A DNA stretch of 64,000 bases from assembly GCA_030648055.1 (NCBI GenBank), contig JAUSHI010000002.1, forward strand, positions 178 to 64,177, given 5' to 3'. Source of the stretch: a bacterium. Lineage in GTDB: Bacteria > Patescibacteriota > Minisyncoccia > Sungbacterales > SURF-37. The notes beneath the pieces are model-generated. The model did not search any database. It saw only the letters and a program-made list of their open reading frames with translations, and had not been told where the DNA came from. The number at the start of each line of letters is the position of its first letter. Within the stretch, counting starts at the first letter, position 1. A program made the translations under genes and the position numbers. This document shows, one piece after another, positions 47,834 through 55,707 of the stretch.

Positions 47834-47878
47834 TTATTTTCGGCGCTTTGCTTTCCCTTTTTTTGCTTTTTTTGCCAT
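47834..47878 (-). CDS. Candidate 14-aa basic micropeptide MAKKAKKGKAKRRK
   Basis: ATG...TAATAA; extended -10 upstream (TGGTATACT, 47950-58); terminator downstream. Confidence 0.4.
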   Translation of the reverse strand: MAKKAKKGKAKRRK

Positions 47879-48093
47879 TTTGATTTTTAGATTTAAATGA
47901 GCTAATTAATAAATTTATTCGGGAGCTATTTCCCTCGGCCTTTGGCATAAGTATACCATACTTTTATTGCAATTTTATTTTTTGCAACGCAATGTGTGGA
48001 TAACTTAAGGACGTTTGATTTTTTTCAAAAGCAAGTTATAATTGTTTTGCCCTCAGTTTTTGAAATAAAGATAAATTTTTTACGATTTTTTAC

Positions 48094-48250
48094 GCGCCCA
48101 TAGCTCAGTTGGGTGAGAATCCGTTTAAATAGGATTCTCACGGGCATTGCGAGCAGTCCCGACGTTTTGTCGGGACAGCACAGCACCATGCCCCGGAAGA
48201 GCAGCTCCCTTTTTCAGCCAGAGGCTGATCCGCCTTTGGCGGAAAGGAGA
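48094..48250 (+). pseudogene. 5' part of an interrupted tRNA-Lys copy (D-loop and anticodon-loop insertions)
   Basis: GCGCCCATAGCTCAGTTGG-[~84 nt]-AAGAGCAGCTCCCTTTT-[30 nt]-AAGGAGA matches the tRNA at 48536. Confidence 0.85.
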
Positions 48251-48270
48251 AGACCGATTTCAAAAAGCGT

Positions 48271-48513
48271 ATGCCCTATGTCTATGTTCTAAAAAGTTTG
48301 AAAAACGGAAAGCGTTATGTTGGTAGTAGTAATTTGGATCCTCAAGAACGGTTAAAGAAACATAATTCGGGATCAAATAAATTTACAAAAGGAAACAAAC
48401 CATTTATATTGATTTATCAAGAAGGATGCGCATCAGTTAGGAAAGCAAGGCAAAGAGAGAACTTTTTGAAATCCGGCGTTGGTAGGAATTTTCTTGATGA
48501 TATGTTTAAATAA
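48271..48513 (+). CDS. Small GIY-YIG nuclease (UPF0213/SLX1-like)
   Basis: 'YVYVLKS...YVGSS...ERLKKHN...RENFLKSG'. Confidence 0.92.
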   Translation: MPYVYVLKSLKNGKRYVGSSNLDPQERLKKHNSGSNKFTKGNKPFILIYQEGCASVRKARQRENFLKSGVGRNFLDDMFK

Positions 48514-48535
48514 TTTTACATTAAACTTTTATTAC

Positions 48536-48608
48536 GCGCCCATAGCTCAGTTGGTAGAGCAGCTCCCTTTTAAGGAGATGGTCGCAGGTTCGAATCCTGC
48601 TGGGCGCA
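48536..48608 (+). tRNA. tRNA-Lys (TTT)
   Basis: Complete cloverleaf; anticodon loop CTTTTAA; CCA not encoded. Confidence 0.95.
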
Positions 48609-48610
48609 AA

Positions 48611-48698
48611 CAGAGGCTGATCCGCCTTTGGCGGAAAGGAGACGCAAGTTCTGCGCCAGAGGCGCACTCGCCTCAGGCGAGGAATCCTGCTGGGCGCA
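48611..48698 (+). pseudogene. 3' part of the interrupted tRNA-Lys copy (T-loop insertion)
   Basis: 32-bp repeat of 48219-48250, then CGCAAGTTC-[30 nt]-GAATCCTGCTGGGCGCA. Confidence 0.85.
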
Positions 48699-48801
48699 TT
48701 GAGCAAAGCGAGAAAAGGAATTTTTATAGTGATTTTTTTTATGATGTTAGAATACAAACGCTAAATTTATAAAAATATCAGACGCTTATATAAGTTTTAA
48801 C

Positions 48802-48846
48802 GGGCCTATAGCATAGTGGCAGTGCAGCCGGTTTGTCCCGATTTAT
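48802..48846 (+). pseudogene. 5' part of an interrupted tRNA-Ala copy
   Basis: 30/34 identical to 49143-49176, then the left part of hairpin TCCCGATTTAT. Confidence 0.8.
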
Positions 48847-48857
48847 ACAAATTTAAA

Positions 48858-49103
48858 ATGTTTTATCTTTATATCTTAAAGTTGGTAAAATATGGGACAT
48901 ATTATATTGGAATTTGTAAGGATATCGGGAGTCGCTTATATCTGCACAATAATGGTAAAGTAAAATCAACAAAATTTAAGAGATCACGGGTACTTATTTG
49001 CACAAAAGAATTTAATATTTTATCTGAAGCTAGAAAATTAGAAATTAAATTGAAATCCATGAAGAAGCGTTCGTATTTAGAGAAGCTGATAAAACATTTC
49101 TAA
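48858..49103 (+). CDS. Small GIY-YIG nuclease
   Basis: 'FYLYILKL...YYIGIC...SRLYLHN...ARKLEIKLKSMK'. Confidence 0.88.
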   Translation: MFYLYILKLVKYGTYYIGICKDIGSRLYLHNNGKVKSTKFKRSRVLICTKEFNILSEARKLEIKLKSMKKRSYLEKLIKHF

Positions 49104-49142
49104 AATTTGTATATAAATCGAGGATCCTCGTTAAATCGCGGT

Positions 49143-49213
49143 GGGCCCGTAGCATAGTGGTAGTGCATCCGGTTTGCATCCGGAGGGCGGGAGTTCGATT
49201 CTCCCCGGGTCCA
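49143..49213 (+). tRNA. tRNA-Ala (TGC)
   Basis: Cloverleaf, anticodon loop TTTGCAT, G3:U70 pair present. Confidence 0.95.
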
Positions 49214-49227
49214 TTATGGGCCCACCA

Positions 49228-49363
49228 CGATTTATCGGGACATCCGGCGGGCTGGAGTTCCTCCGATTTTGTCTTCGCTTTGCGGAGTTACAAAATCGAG
49301 AGTCCTCGATGCGATTACCAAATTGAAAATTTGGTTCGCATCGGGAGATTCTCTCATGGTTCA
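49228..49363 (+). pseudogene. 3' part of the interrupted tRNA-Ala copy (86-nt T-loop insertion)
   Basis: CGATTTATCGGGA-CATCCGGCGGGCTGGAGTTC-[49261-49346]-GATTCTCTCATGGTTCA. Confidence 0.75.
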
Positions 49364-49367
49364 TTTC

Positions 49368-49404
49368 ACACACAAAAACACCCGCTATGGGTGTTTTTGT
49401 GTGT
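49368..49404. terminator. 16-bp stem hairpin closing the tRNA/GIY-YIG region
   Basis: ACACACAAAAACACCC-GCTAT-GGGTGTTTTTGTGTGT. Confidence 0.7.
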
Positions 49405-49454
49405 ATAACTAAGTTTTGTTATAGATACTATTATACAATATACTAAGAGAAGTC

Positions 49455-49736
49455 ATGCCTCCGGCCGACAATTTAAAAATAAAATTTATTGCGCTTGCAA
49501 TTTTGGTCATCCTGCTTGTCGCGGCTGGTTTTTGGTATTGGTATCAAAAAAGAGCCAAAGTTCTAAAGGAAACAAGCCGGAGTGCTCAATTTTTTGGGAA
49601 AGTGCAGAATCCGATGGAAAAACTTCCCGAGACCAATCCTTTCAAGGTTCAAAGCAATCCTTTTTCAGCCGACGCTAATCCTTTGAGTAGCTCCAACCCC
49701 TTTAATGAGATCTATAAAAATCCGTTCGGTCAATAA
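49455..49736 (+). CDS. Small membrane protein with NPF-type repeats
   Basis: TM helix, then NPM/NPF/NPF/NPL/NPF/NPF. Confidence 0.75.
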   Translation: MPPADNLKIKFIALAILVILLVAAGFWYWYQKRAKVLKETSRSAQFFGKVQNPMEKLPETNPFKVQSNPFSADANPLSSSNPFNEIYKNPFGQ

Positions 49737-49740
49737 ATTC

Positions 49741-52167
49741 ATGCCAGCCAATATTCAAAAATTACTCTTCAGAGGAATAATATTGTTTGGACTTTTTGCG
49801 GCGGCATTAATAGTGCAGGCGCAAGCGGCCCGCGTCTCTTCCATTACGCTTGAAAAAGGCAGTTCTTTCGGTCTTTTCATATTGACCGTTGCTGACCCCG
49901 ACGGCGTAAGGGAATTCTCACTGCAGCCGCCGGATAAATTCCCCTACGGCGGCGGGGTTAATTGTCCAAAGACATTTAAAAATAATAATGTAATTTTTTC
50001 TCTGGAAGATTTTACTCCGGAGATGACCGCGCATGTGCTTGATTGCAAGGACAATCGCGTTGAGTTCACCATTCTTCCTCCGAAAGACGGCGTTACTCGC
50101 GGTAGTGTAGTAGCCGCCCCTTCTTTGAAGCCAGTTTCAGTGCCAGCCAAACCGGCAGAGGAAGTTAAGAAGCCAGTTGGCGAAGATGAATTTGTTTTTC
50201 CAGTCGCGGAATTGGGAAATTGCAAGAGCGAAGACGATTGCAGAATTTATTGCGAAAGCCCGAGCCATTTCCGAGCCTGTTTAGCGTTTGCCGAAAAGTA
50301 TGACGCGATGAGTAAAGAAGAATTGACCGAGGCAAAGAAATTCGCCAAGGTAGTTGAAGACGGCGGTCCTGGCGGTTGCCGAACCGAGCTGGAATGCCAA
50401 GCGTATTGTGAAAATTCAGACCACTTTGAAGAGTGTGTTGCTTTTGCCGAAAAGTATGATTTGTTAAGTCCGGACGAATTGGCTAACGCCAAAAAGTTTC
50501 TTCCGCTTATTAAATCCGGCGAGATGCCGGGGGGCTGTAAAACCGAAAACGAATGCGAGGCGTATTGCTCGCAAAGCGCGAATTTGGAAGGATGCATTGC
50601 CTTTGCCGAGCGGCACGGCGTTATTTCTGCGAAAGAGCTGGCAGAAGCCAAGAAGTTTCTCCCACTCATTAAATCCGGCCAAACGCCGGGCGGCTGTGAT
50701 AGCAAATTAACATGTGAGACCTACTGCGCCCAGGATAAAAATATGGATGAATGTCTTGCGTTTGCCGAAGAAAATGACATATTGTCGCCCGAAGAACTCC
50801 AAATGGCAAAAAAAATGCTGCCTTTAATGAAGAGCGGCGAAACGCCTGGCGCTTGTAAGAGCCGCGCCTCGTGCGAAGAATATTGCGCAATAGGCATCAA
50901 TATTGATGAGTGTCTTTCTTTCGCGGAAAAACAGGGCCTTATGACCCCCGAAGAACTGGAAGAAGTTAAAAAAATTCTTCCGTTTATGAAATCCGGCGAA
51001 CTACCCGGAGGGTGCACATCAAAAGAGGGCTGTGAGGCGTATTGCGAAGAAGACGACAATCTTGATGAGTGCTTGGCTTTCGCTGAAAAAGCAGGGCTTA
51101 TCTCGCCGGAAGAATTGGAAATAGCCAAAAAAACAGGGGGCAAGGGCCCGGGTGATTGTCGCGGGAGAGCGTGCGCAACATTTTGCGAAGACCCCGATAA
51201 TTTTATTATTTGCCGTGAATGGGCAGAAAAAAATGGTTTTACTGACGAGCTTTCCGGTACTTTAAGCAAAGGCGGGTTTACGGGTGGTCCGGGAGGATGC
51301 AAAACTGTTGAAGAATGCCAGGCATTTTGTCAGGAGAACCCGGATAAATGCCCTGGCCCGGGAAAACAAGGCCAGCATTGTTGCATTTCCCCAATTCCGG
51401 AATTAGAGGATAATTTACCGGGTTGTATTAAGTATTGCCAGGGGAATCCGGAAAATTGTCGAAAAGCAGAAGAAGCGTGGTGCCTGGATAATCCGGAATA
51501 TTGTCCTGATGGAAAGTTTGTTCCGCAGTGTGGTAATGGCGGCTCGGGTGGCGACTCCGGAGGAGGCCCAGGCGGATGCAAATCCCCAGAGGAATGCCAA
51601 GCTTATTGTCAGGAACATCCGGCAGAATGCGGCATCGGTGGAGGCGGGGGTGCCGGTGGTGGTCCTTCAAGAGGTGGGGGTGGACCGCCGCCAAACTGCT
51701 CCTTTGAGGAATTAAATCCTGTCTGCGCAGCAGTGAGTCCAGGTAAACATCACACTTTTAATAACGAATGCTTTGCGAAAGCTTTTGGAGCCACAAACCT
51801 GCGGCCGGGAGTCTGCCCCGGAGATGTACCCTGTTCGACGGTTCGTGATCCGGTCTGTGCTGTTAAAAGCGGAGCCACTAGGAGCTATTTCAATGGGTGT
51901 GCCGCCGAAGGAGACGACGCGGGAATTCTCTATGCGGGTGAGTGTAAAACCGATGGACCGCTACCATCCGTGGTGCCTCAGTTCCCAACATCAGGAGGAC
52001 AACCACCCACCATTCCTACCCCCGCACAAATCCAGCAACAAATAGAACAGCAAATTCAACAACAAGTTGATTGTTCTCTTTTCGCTTCCGTGCCGGAATG
52101 TTCTTTTGCGGGTCCAGAAGGTTCGCAAAACTACAACCACTGCAAACAGTGTTATCCGGATAAATAA
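49741..52167 (+). CDS. Secreted Cys-rich tandem-repeat protein with two Kazal-like domains
   Basis: Six ~53-aa C-x5-C-x3-C-x8-C units plus shorter units; 'NPVCA...TFNNEC...PGVC' and 'DPVCA...SYFNGC...AGEC'. Confidence 0.8.
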   Translation: MPANIQKLLFRGIILFGLFAAALIVQAQAARVSSITLEKGSSFGLFILTVADPDGVREFSLQPPDKFPYGGGVNCPKTFKNNNVIFSLEDFTPEMTAHVLDCKDNRVEFTILPPKDGVTRGSVVAAPSLKPVSVPAKPAEEVKKPVGEDEFVFPVAELGNCKSEDDCRIYCESPSHFRACLAFAEKYDAMSKEELTEAKKFAKVVEDGGPGGCRTELECQAYCENSDHFEECVAFAEKYDLLSPDELANAKKFLPLIKSGEMPGGCKTENECEAYCSQSANLEGCIAFAERHGVISAKELAEAKKFLPLIKSGQTPGGCDSKLTCETYCAQDKNMDECLAFAEENDILSPEELQMAKKMLPLMKSGETPGACKSRASCEEYCAIGINIDECLSFAEKQGLMTPEELEEVKKILPFMKSGELPGGCTSKEGCEAYCEEDDNLDECLAFAEKAGLISPEELEIAKKTGGKGPGDCRGRACATFCEDPDNFIICREWAEKNGFTDELSGTLSKGGFTGGPGGCKTVEECQAFCQENPDKCPGPGKQGQHCCISPIPELEDNLPGCIKYCQGNPENCRKAEEAWCLDNPEYCPDGKFVPQCGNGGSGGDSGGGPGGCKSPEECQAYCQEHPAECGIGGGGGAGGGPSRGGGGPPPNCSFEELNPVCAAVSPGKHHTFNNECFAKAFGATNLRPGVCPGDVPCSTVRDPVCAVKSGATRSYFNGCAAEGDDAGILYAGECKTDGPLPSVVPQFPTSGGQPPTIPTPAQIQQQIEQQIQQQVDCSLFASVPECSFAGPEGSQNYNHCKQCYPDK

Positions 52168-52246
52168 ACGCGGCTAAAGATTGTAAAGAAAACGGCTTAC
52201 TGCCGTTTTTTGCTTTAACGGGGATTTTTTGGTTTTATAAATAGTA

Positions 52247-53395
52247 ATGACTCTGTTGCAAAGAATTATAATTCCGGCGATAAGCGTTTTTATTTTGGAG
52301 ACTTTGGCCGTTCTTTCTTTGGTCAGGACTTATCCGCAAAAAGGGCAAAGAGAATTGGAAACTCCGTCGGTTGTAACTGGAATAGCGACAACAGCAGAAA
52401 CCGCGACAACAACGCCTGCGGTTAAAACAGAAGTTGGACTCTTAGCCACGACAACAAAAACAGTTACCGAAAAACCGCGAATTGCGGAAAAAAGGGTTGC
52501 GCCACCCAAAATACTCACGCCATCCCCAGCGCTTCCTCCGCGGGCATTCCCGGAAGAAATTGCGATGACAACCCGGCCGGAGGCCGCGACAACAATACCC
52601 GCCGTTCCAGAGATCAAAGTTCCGCCGATTGATGAGGAAGAATTAATGCGGGCGGCGGTAAGAATTAGATGCGGGCGCGTATATGGTTCCGGCTTTGTTG
52701 TAACTCCGGACGGCCTTGTTCTAACCGCCGCGCATGTTCTTATGGGTGCGATTGAGTCCAATACCGCGACCTGCGACGTAATTTTTCCAAGAAAGCATCC
52801 GGAATTCGGATATTACCACGAAACGTACTATAGAACAGGAACAATACTTGACCCACAGCAGATTAAAAAGTTTTATACCGAGCAGGGTTTTGATGTCGCG
52901 GTATTAAAAGCCTCACTTCTTGAAAATGATCCGGTTTTTCAAAATGAACTTCCTTATGTAAAATATCCTTTTTGCGGTGCGGATACGTTAGACGACAAAA
53001 TTTTACTTTTCGGATACGCGGCCAATATCGGCACTTCCCCTGGTTTTCTGGGTTCAATTTTGTCGCGTTTTGGAGGCGCGGTTTTGCAATACGGCGATGT
53101 AACGGGAGTTAGAAAAGAGATATCACAGATTTATTCCGGCGGATATGACTATTTTCCTGATTTCGCATATACTTTGGACGCAACTCTTTCGCATTCAACT
53201 GTAATAATTTATAGTAATAATAATTTCGCGGGCGCATCCGGCGGACTGGTGTTTGATACTTCAAAAAATTGCATCATCGGCGCAAACAGCGCGATAGGAA
53301 CGATTGTCGGAGATCCGCGGGTATTTGGCTTTATATCCAATTTTGAGATTGGCGCGGTATCAGCATGGCGCAAAACGCTCGAGAGCGCGCAATAA
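52247..53395 (+). CDS. Membrane-anchored trypsin-like serine protease
   Basis: 'GSGFVV...LTAAHV', 'FDVAVL', 'GASGG'. Confidence 0.85.
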   Translation: MTLLQRIIIPAISVFILETLAVLSLVRTYPQKGQRELETPSVVTGIATTAETATTTPAVKTEVGLLATTTKTVTEKPRIAEKRVAPPKILTPSPALPPRAFPEEIAMTTRPEAATTIPAVPEIKVPPIDEEELMRAAVRIRCGRVYGSGFVVTPDGLVLTAAHVLMGAIESNTATCDVIFPRKHPEFGYYHETYYRTGTILDPQQIKKFYTEQGFDVAVLKASLLENDPVFQNELPYVKYPFCGADTLDDKILLFGYAANIGTSPGFLGSILSRFGGAVLQYGDVTGVRKEISQIYSGGYDYFPDFAYTLDATLSHSTVIIYSNNNFAGASGGLVFDTSKNCIIGANSAIGTIVGDPRVFGFISNFEIGAVSAWRKTLESAQ

Positions 53396-53441
53396 GGTTT
53401 AACAATAGTTTAAACGGATAATATTAAACCTCACCACGCTA

Positions 53442-53479
53442 AATACGCTTTAATATGCTATAGCATATTAAAGCGTATT
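53442..53479. repeat. 38-bp perfect palindrome (divergent family A relative)
   Basis: AATACGCTTTAATATGCTA|TAGCATATTAAAGCGTATT. Confidence 0.8.
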
Positions 53480-53499
53480 GTTTGCAACAATCTTCAAAT

Positions 53500-54483
53500 A
53501 TGAAGAAAAAATCTAATAAAAAAATTCGCCTCGCGGTTATTATGGGTAGTGCGTCCAGTGAGCACGAAGTATCGCTTGCGACTGGGCGCGAGGTCTTAAA
53601 GAATCTTGACCGGAAAAAATATATTCCGCGTTCAATTGTGATTTCAAAAAAGAACCGATGGTTTATCGGGAAAGCGTGGTTTAGCCCCTCCAAAGCTTTG
53701 CGCGGGGTTGATGTTGTTTTTAACGCGATGCACGGCGAATACGGTGAGGACGGCAGGGCGCAGAAACTTTTTGAATTTTACGGAGTGCCGTATACCGGCT
53801 CGGGAGTTGAGGCGTCAGTTCTCGGGATGAATAAATTCGCGAGCCGGAAGATTTTCGCGGCGCGGGGATTAATTACGCCCAAAACACTTTGCTTCACAAA
53901 AAAAGAATATCTCGCCGGTAAAAAAGTGGTAAAGGCCAAGATTTTGAAGACCTACAAAAATGGCTTGTGCGTAATTAAGCCGGTAAGTTGCGGTTCAAGT
54001 GTCGGCGTTTCCGTGGTGAATAATCCGCAAAAAATTGAAGCGGGGTTGCGCCTTGCTTTTGCGCTGGATAGCGGTGTTCTTGTTGAAGAATATCTTAACG
54101 GGCGGGAGCTTACCGTGCCTGTTTTAGAAAAGAAACGGGGTAAACCGAAGGCCTTACCTGTTATTGAAATCAGGCCGCGAAAAGGAAACTTTTTTGATTA
54201 TAAAGAAAAATATAGCGCCGGCGGAGCGGAGGAAATAGTTCCCGCGCGGCTTTCCAAGGGGGAGCGCGAAAAAGTCGTGATGGCCGCGCTTGTTGCCCAT
54301 AAAGCGCTTGAATGCCGCGGGTATTCAAGGGCGGATTTTATTCTCGTAAAAGGCGTTCCCTATATTCTTGAAATTAACACTCTACCGGGCTTAACAAGCA
54401 ATTCTCTTTTTCCAAAATCGGCGAAAAAAGCAGGCATTGCCTTTTCAAAGCTATTGGATATACTTGTTGCGAGCGCACTTTAA
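53500..54483 (+). CDS. ddl: D-alanine--D-alanine ligase
   Basis: 'SSEHEVSL', 'HGEYGEDG', 'GSSVG', 'FFDYKEKY', 'LEINTLPG'. Confidence 0.96.
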   Translation: MKKKSNKKIRLAVIMGSASSEHEVSLATGREVLKNLDRKKYIPRSIVISKKNRWFIGKAWFSPSKALRGVDVVFNAMHGEYGEDGRAQKLFEFYGVPYTGSGVEASVLGMNKFASRKIFAARGLITPKTLCFTKKEYLAGKKVVKAKILKTYKNGLCVIKPVSCGSSVGVSVVNNPQKIEAGLRLAFALDSGVLVEEYLNGRELTVPVLEKKRGKPKALPVIEIRPRKGNFFDYKEKYSAGGAEEIVPARLSKGEREKVVMAALVAHKALECRGYSRADFILVKGVPYILEINTLPGLTSNSLFPKSAKKAGIAFSKLLDILVASAL

Positions 54484-54511
54484 AAACAAAGGCAGAAGAA
54501 GGAGGGCATAA

Positions 54512-55363
54512 ATGAAGATTCTGAAATTCCCATGGGAAGCGGGGGGCGGGGCGAAAAGCATCGGTTCAAGTTACGGGCCTGATGCGATTGAGACCCAGTT
54601 CAATAAGTACCCGTGGCGGTGTTCTGAAAGCGGAGTTCCGGCGCGTGATGTTCAGTTTTTGGATGTAAAGGCCGTGCAGAGCAGTTCAATGCATCGAGCG
54701 TTCGGGGTTGGGGTACAAGCTATTCTTAACCATGAATCTTCGCTCGCCGTGCTTTCCGGAGATAATTCGTGCAGTTTTTACACGGTAATGAACGTTGCCA
54801 AGCGCTTTCCAGACCCGCAACTTGTGGTGCTGGACGCGCATCTTGATGCTTGCGATACCAAACACGACGCGCACGCGAGCTGGGTGCGGCGGCTTTGGGA
54901 GAACGACATCGTGCGTCCGGAGAAAACCATTTTTTTTGGAATTCGCGACGCTGAAGCCGAGGAGCTCTCTTACGCGAAAGAGAAGGGGGCAATTATTTAT
55001 CTATGCCGAAATCTCTTCATCAATGCTGATATGGCGCGCATTGTTTTGGGGCTTGAGACCACCATGCGCGTTGATACGTCTTCAGCTCTTATACTGGTTG
55101 TTGATATAGATGTGGTTGACCCCTCGCAGGCGCCAGCTACTGGAGTGCTACGCGCCCCCGGCCTTGATCTTAGACAGGTCCTTTCTATTATCCGTGCCTT
55201 TGGTGAGCTTCATTTTCCAGTGAAAGTTGGCGAGATTTGCGAAGTGATTCCCGAAGAGGGGAATATGATGCGGCCGCCGTGCGACAAGCGCCCGGACCCC
55301 ACGGGACTCACTGTGCTTGCCACGGAGGCCATTCTTCGGGAAATGATTTGTTCTTTTGCTTAA
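54512..55363 (+). CDS. Arginase/agmatinase (ureohydrolase) family protein
   Basis: 'SGDNS', 'LDAHLD', 'GIRD', 'VDIDVVDPSQAPATG'. Confidence 0.85.
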   Translation: MKILKFPWEAGGGAKSIGSSYGPDAIETQFNKYPWRCSESGVPARDVQFLDVKAVQSSSMHRAFGVGVQAILNHESSLAVLSGDNSCSFYTVMNVAKRFPDPQLVVLDAHLDACDTKHDAHASWVRRLWENDIVRPEKTIFFGIRDAEAEELSYAKEKGAIIYLCRNLFINADMARIVLGLETTMRVDTSSALILVVDIDVVDPSQAPATGVLRAPGLDLRQVLSIIRAFGELHFPVKVGEICEVIPEEGNMMRPPCDKRPDPTGLTVLATEAILREMICSFA

Positions 55364-55422
55364 GTTTAGTAAGTTAGCAAGCCCTTTATATAGGGCTTTT
55401 TTAATAGAATATGCATAAATAC

Positions 55423-55450
55423 TTGACAAATTTTGTCAGTTTGCTATAAT
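55423..55450 (+). promoter_or_regulatory. Consensus sigma-70 promoter
   Basis: TTGACA-N16-TATAAT with extended TG; overlaps the inverted repeat TGACAAA-T-TTTGTCA. Confidence 0.7.
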
Positions 55451-55482
55451 GTGGTTAAAATTCGTAGCATTAGGAAGGGAGA

Positions 55483-55686
55483 GTGGAAACCGTGGAGTTG
55501 ACAATGGATGGTCATGTTGTCGGCGAGTGCGATGAGGACATTTTCGAGATCGTGGTGGCCTACTTGGCCGATGGGCGTTCGCAGGCAGATGTCGCCAAGG
55601 AGCTTCTGGCCTCCGGCGTTCCGCATGCGCTTGATGTTGTTGTGAACGCAAAGCGTGTGCTCAAGGAGCGCGGTATCCTGGTGTAA
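55483..55686 (+). CDS. Small hypothetical protein
   Basis: Purine-rich SD and GTG start downstream of a strong promoter. Confidence 0.55.
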   Translation: METVELTMDGHVVGECDEDIFEIVVAYLADGRSQADVAKELLASGVPHALDVVVNAKRVLKERGILV

Positions 55687-55707
55687 CAACATCCACGCGA
55701 GAGAAAG

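Noticed and set aside
556..48003. Replication origin suggested by DnaA boxes at 556, 9770 and 47995
   Set aside because: The boxes are single and far apart, with no cluster, no unwinding element and no dnaA/dnaN nearby.
48094..48698. Group I intron or canonical tRNA intron carrying a homing endonuclease
   Set aside because: No group I core is recognisable, the interval contains a complete second tRNA, and the outer copy has extra insertions and a 4-nt deletion.
48479..49408. ORFs 48479-48772, 48521-48757, 49131-49373 and 49157-49408
   Set aside because: They overlap tRNAs and hairpin inserts and have no protein-like features.
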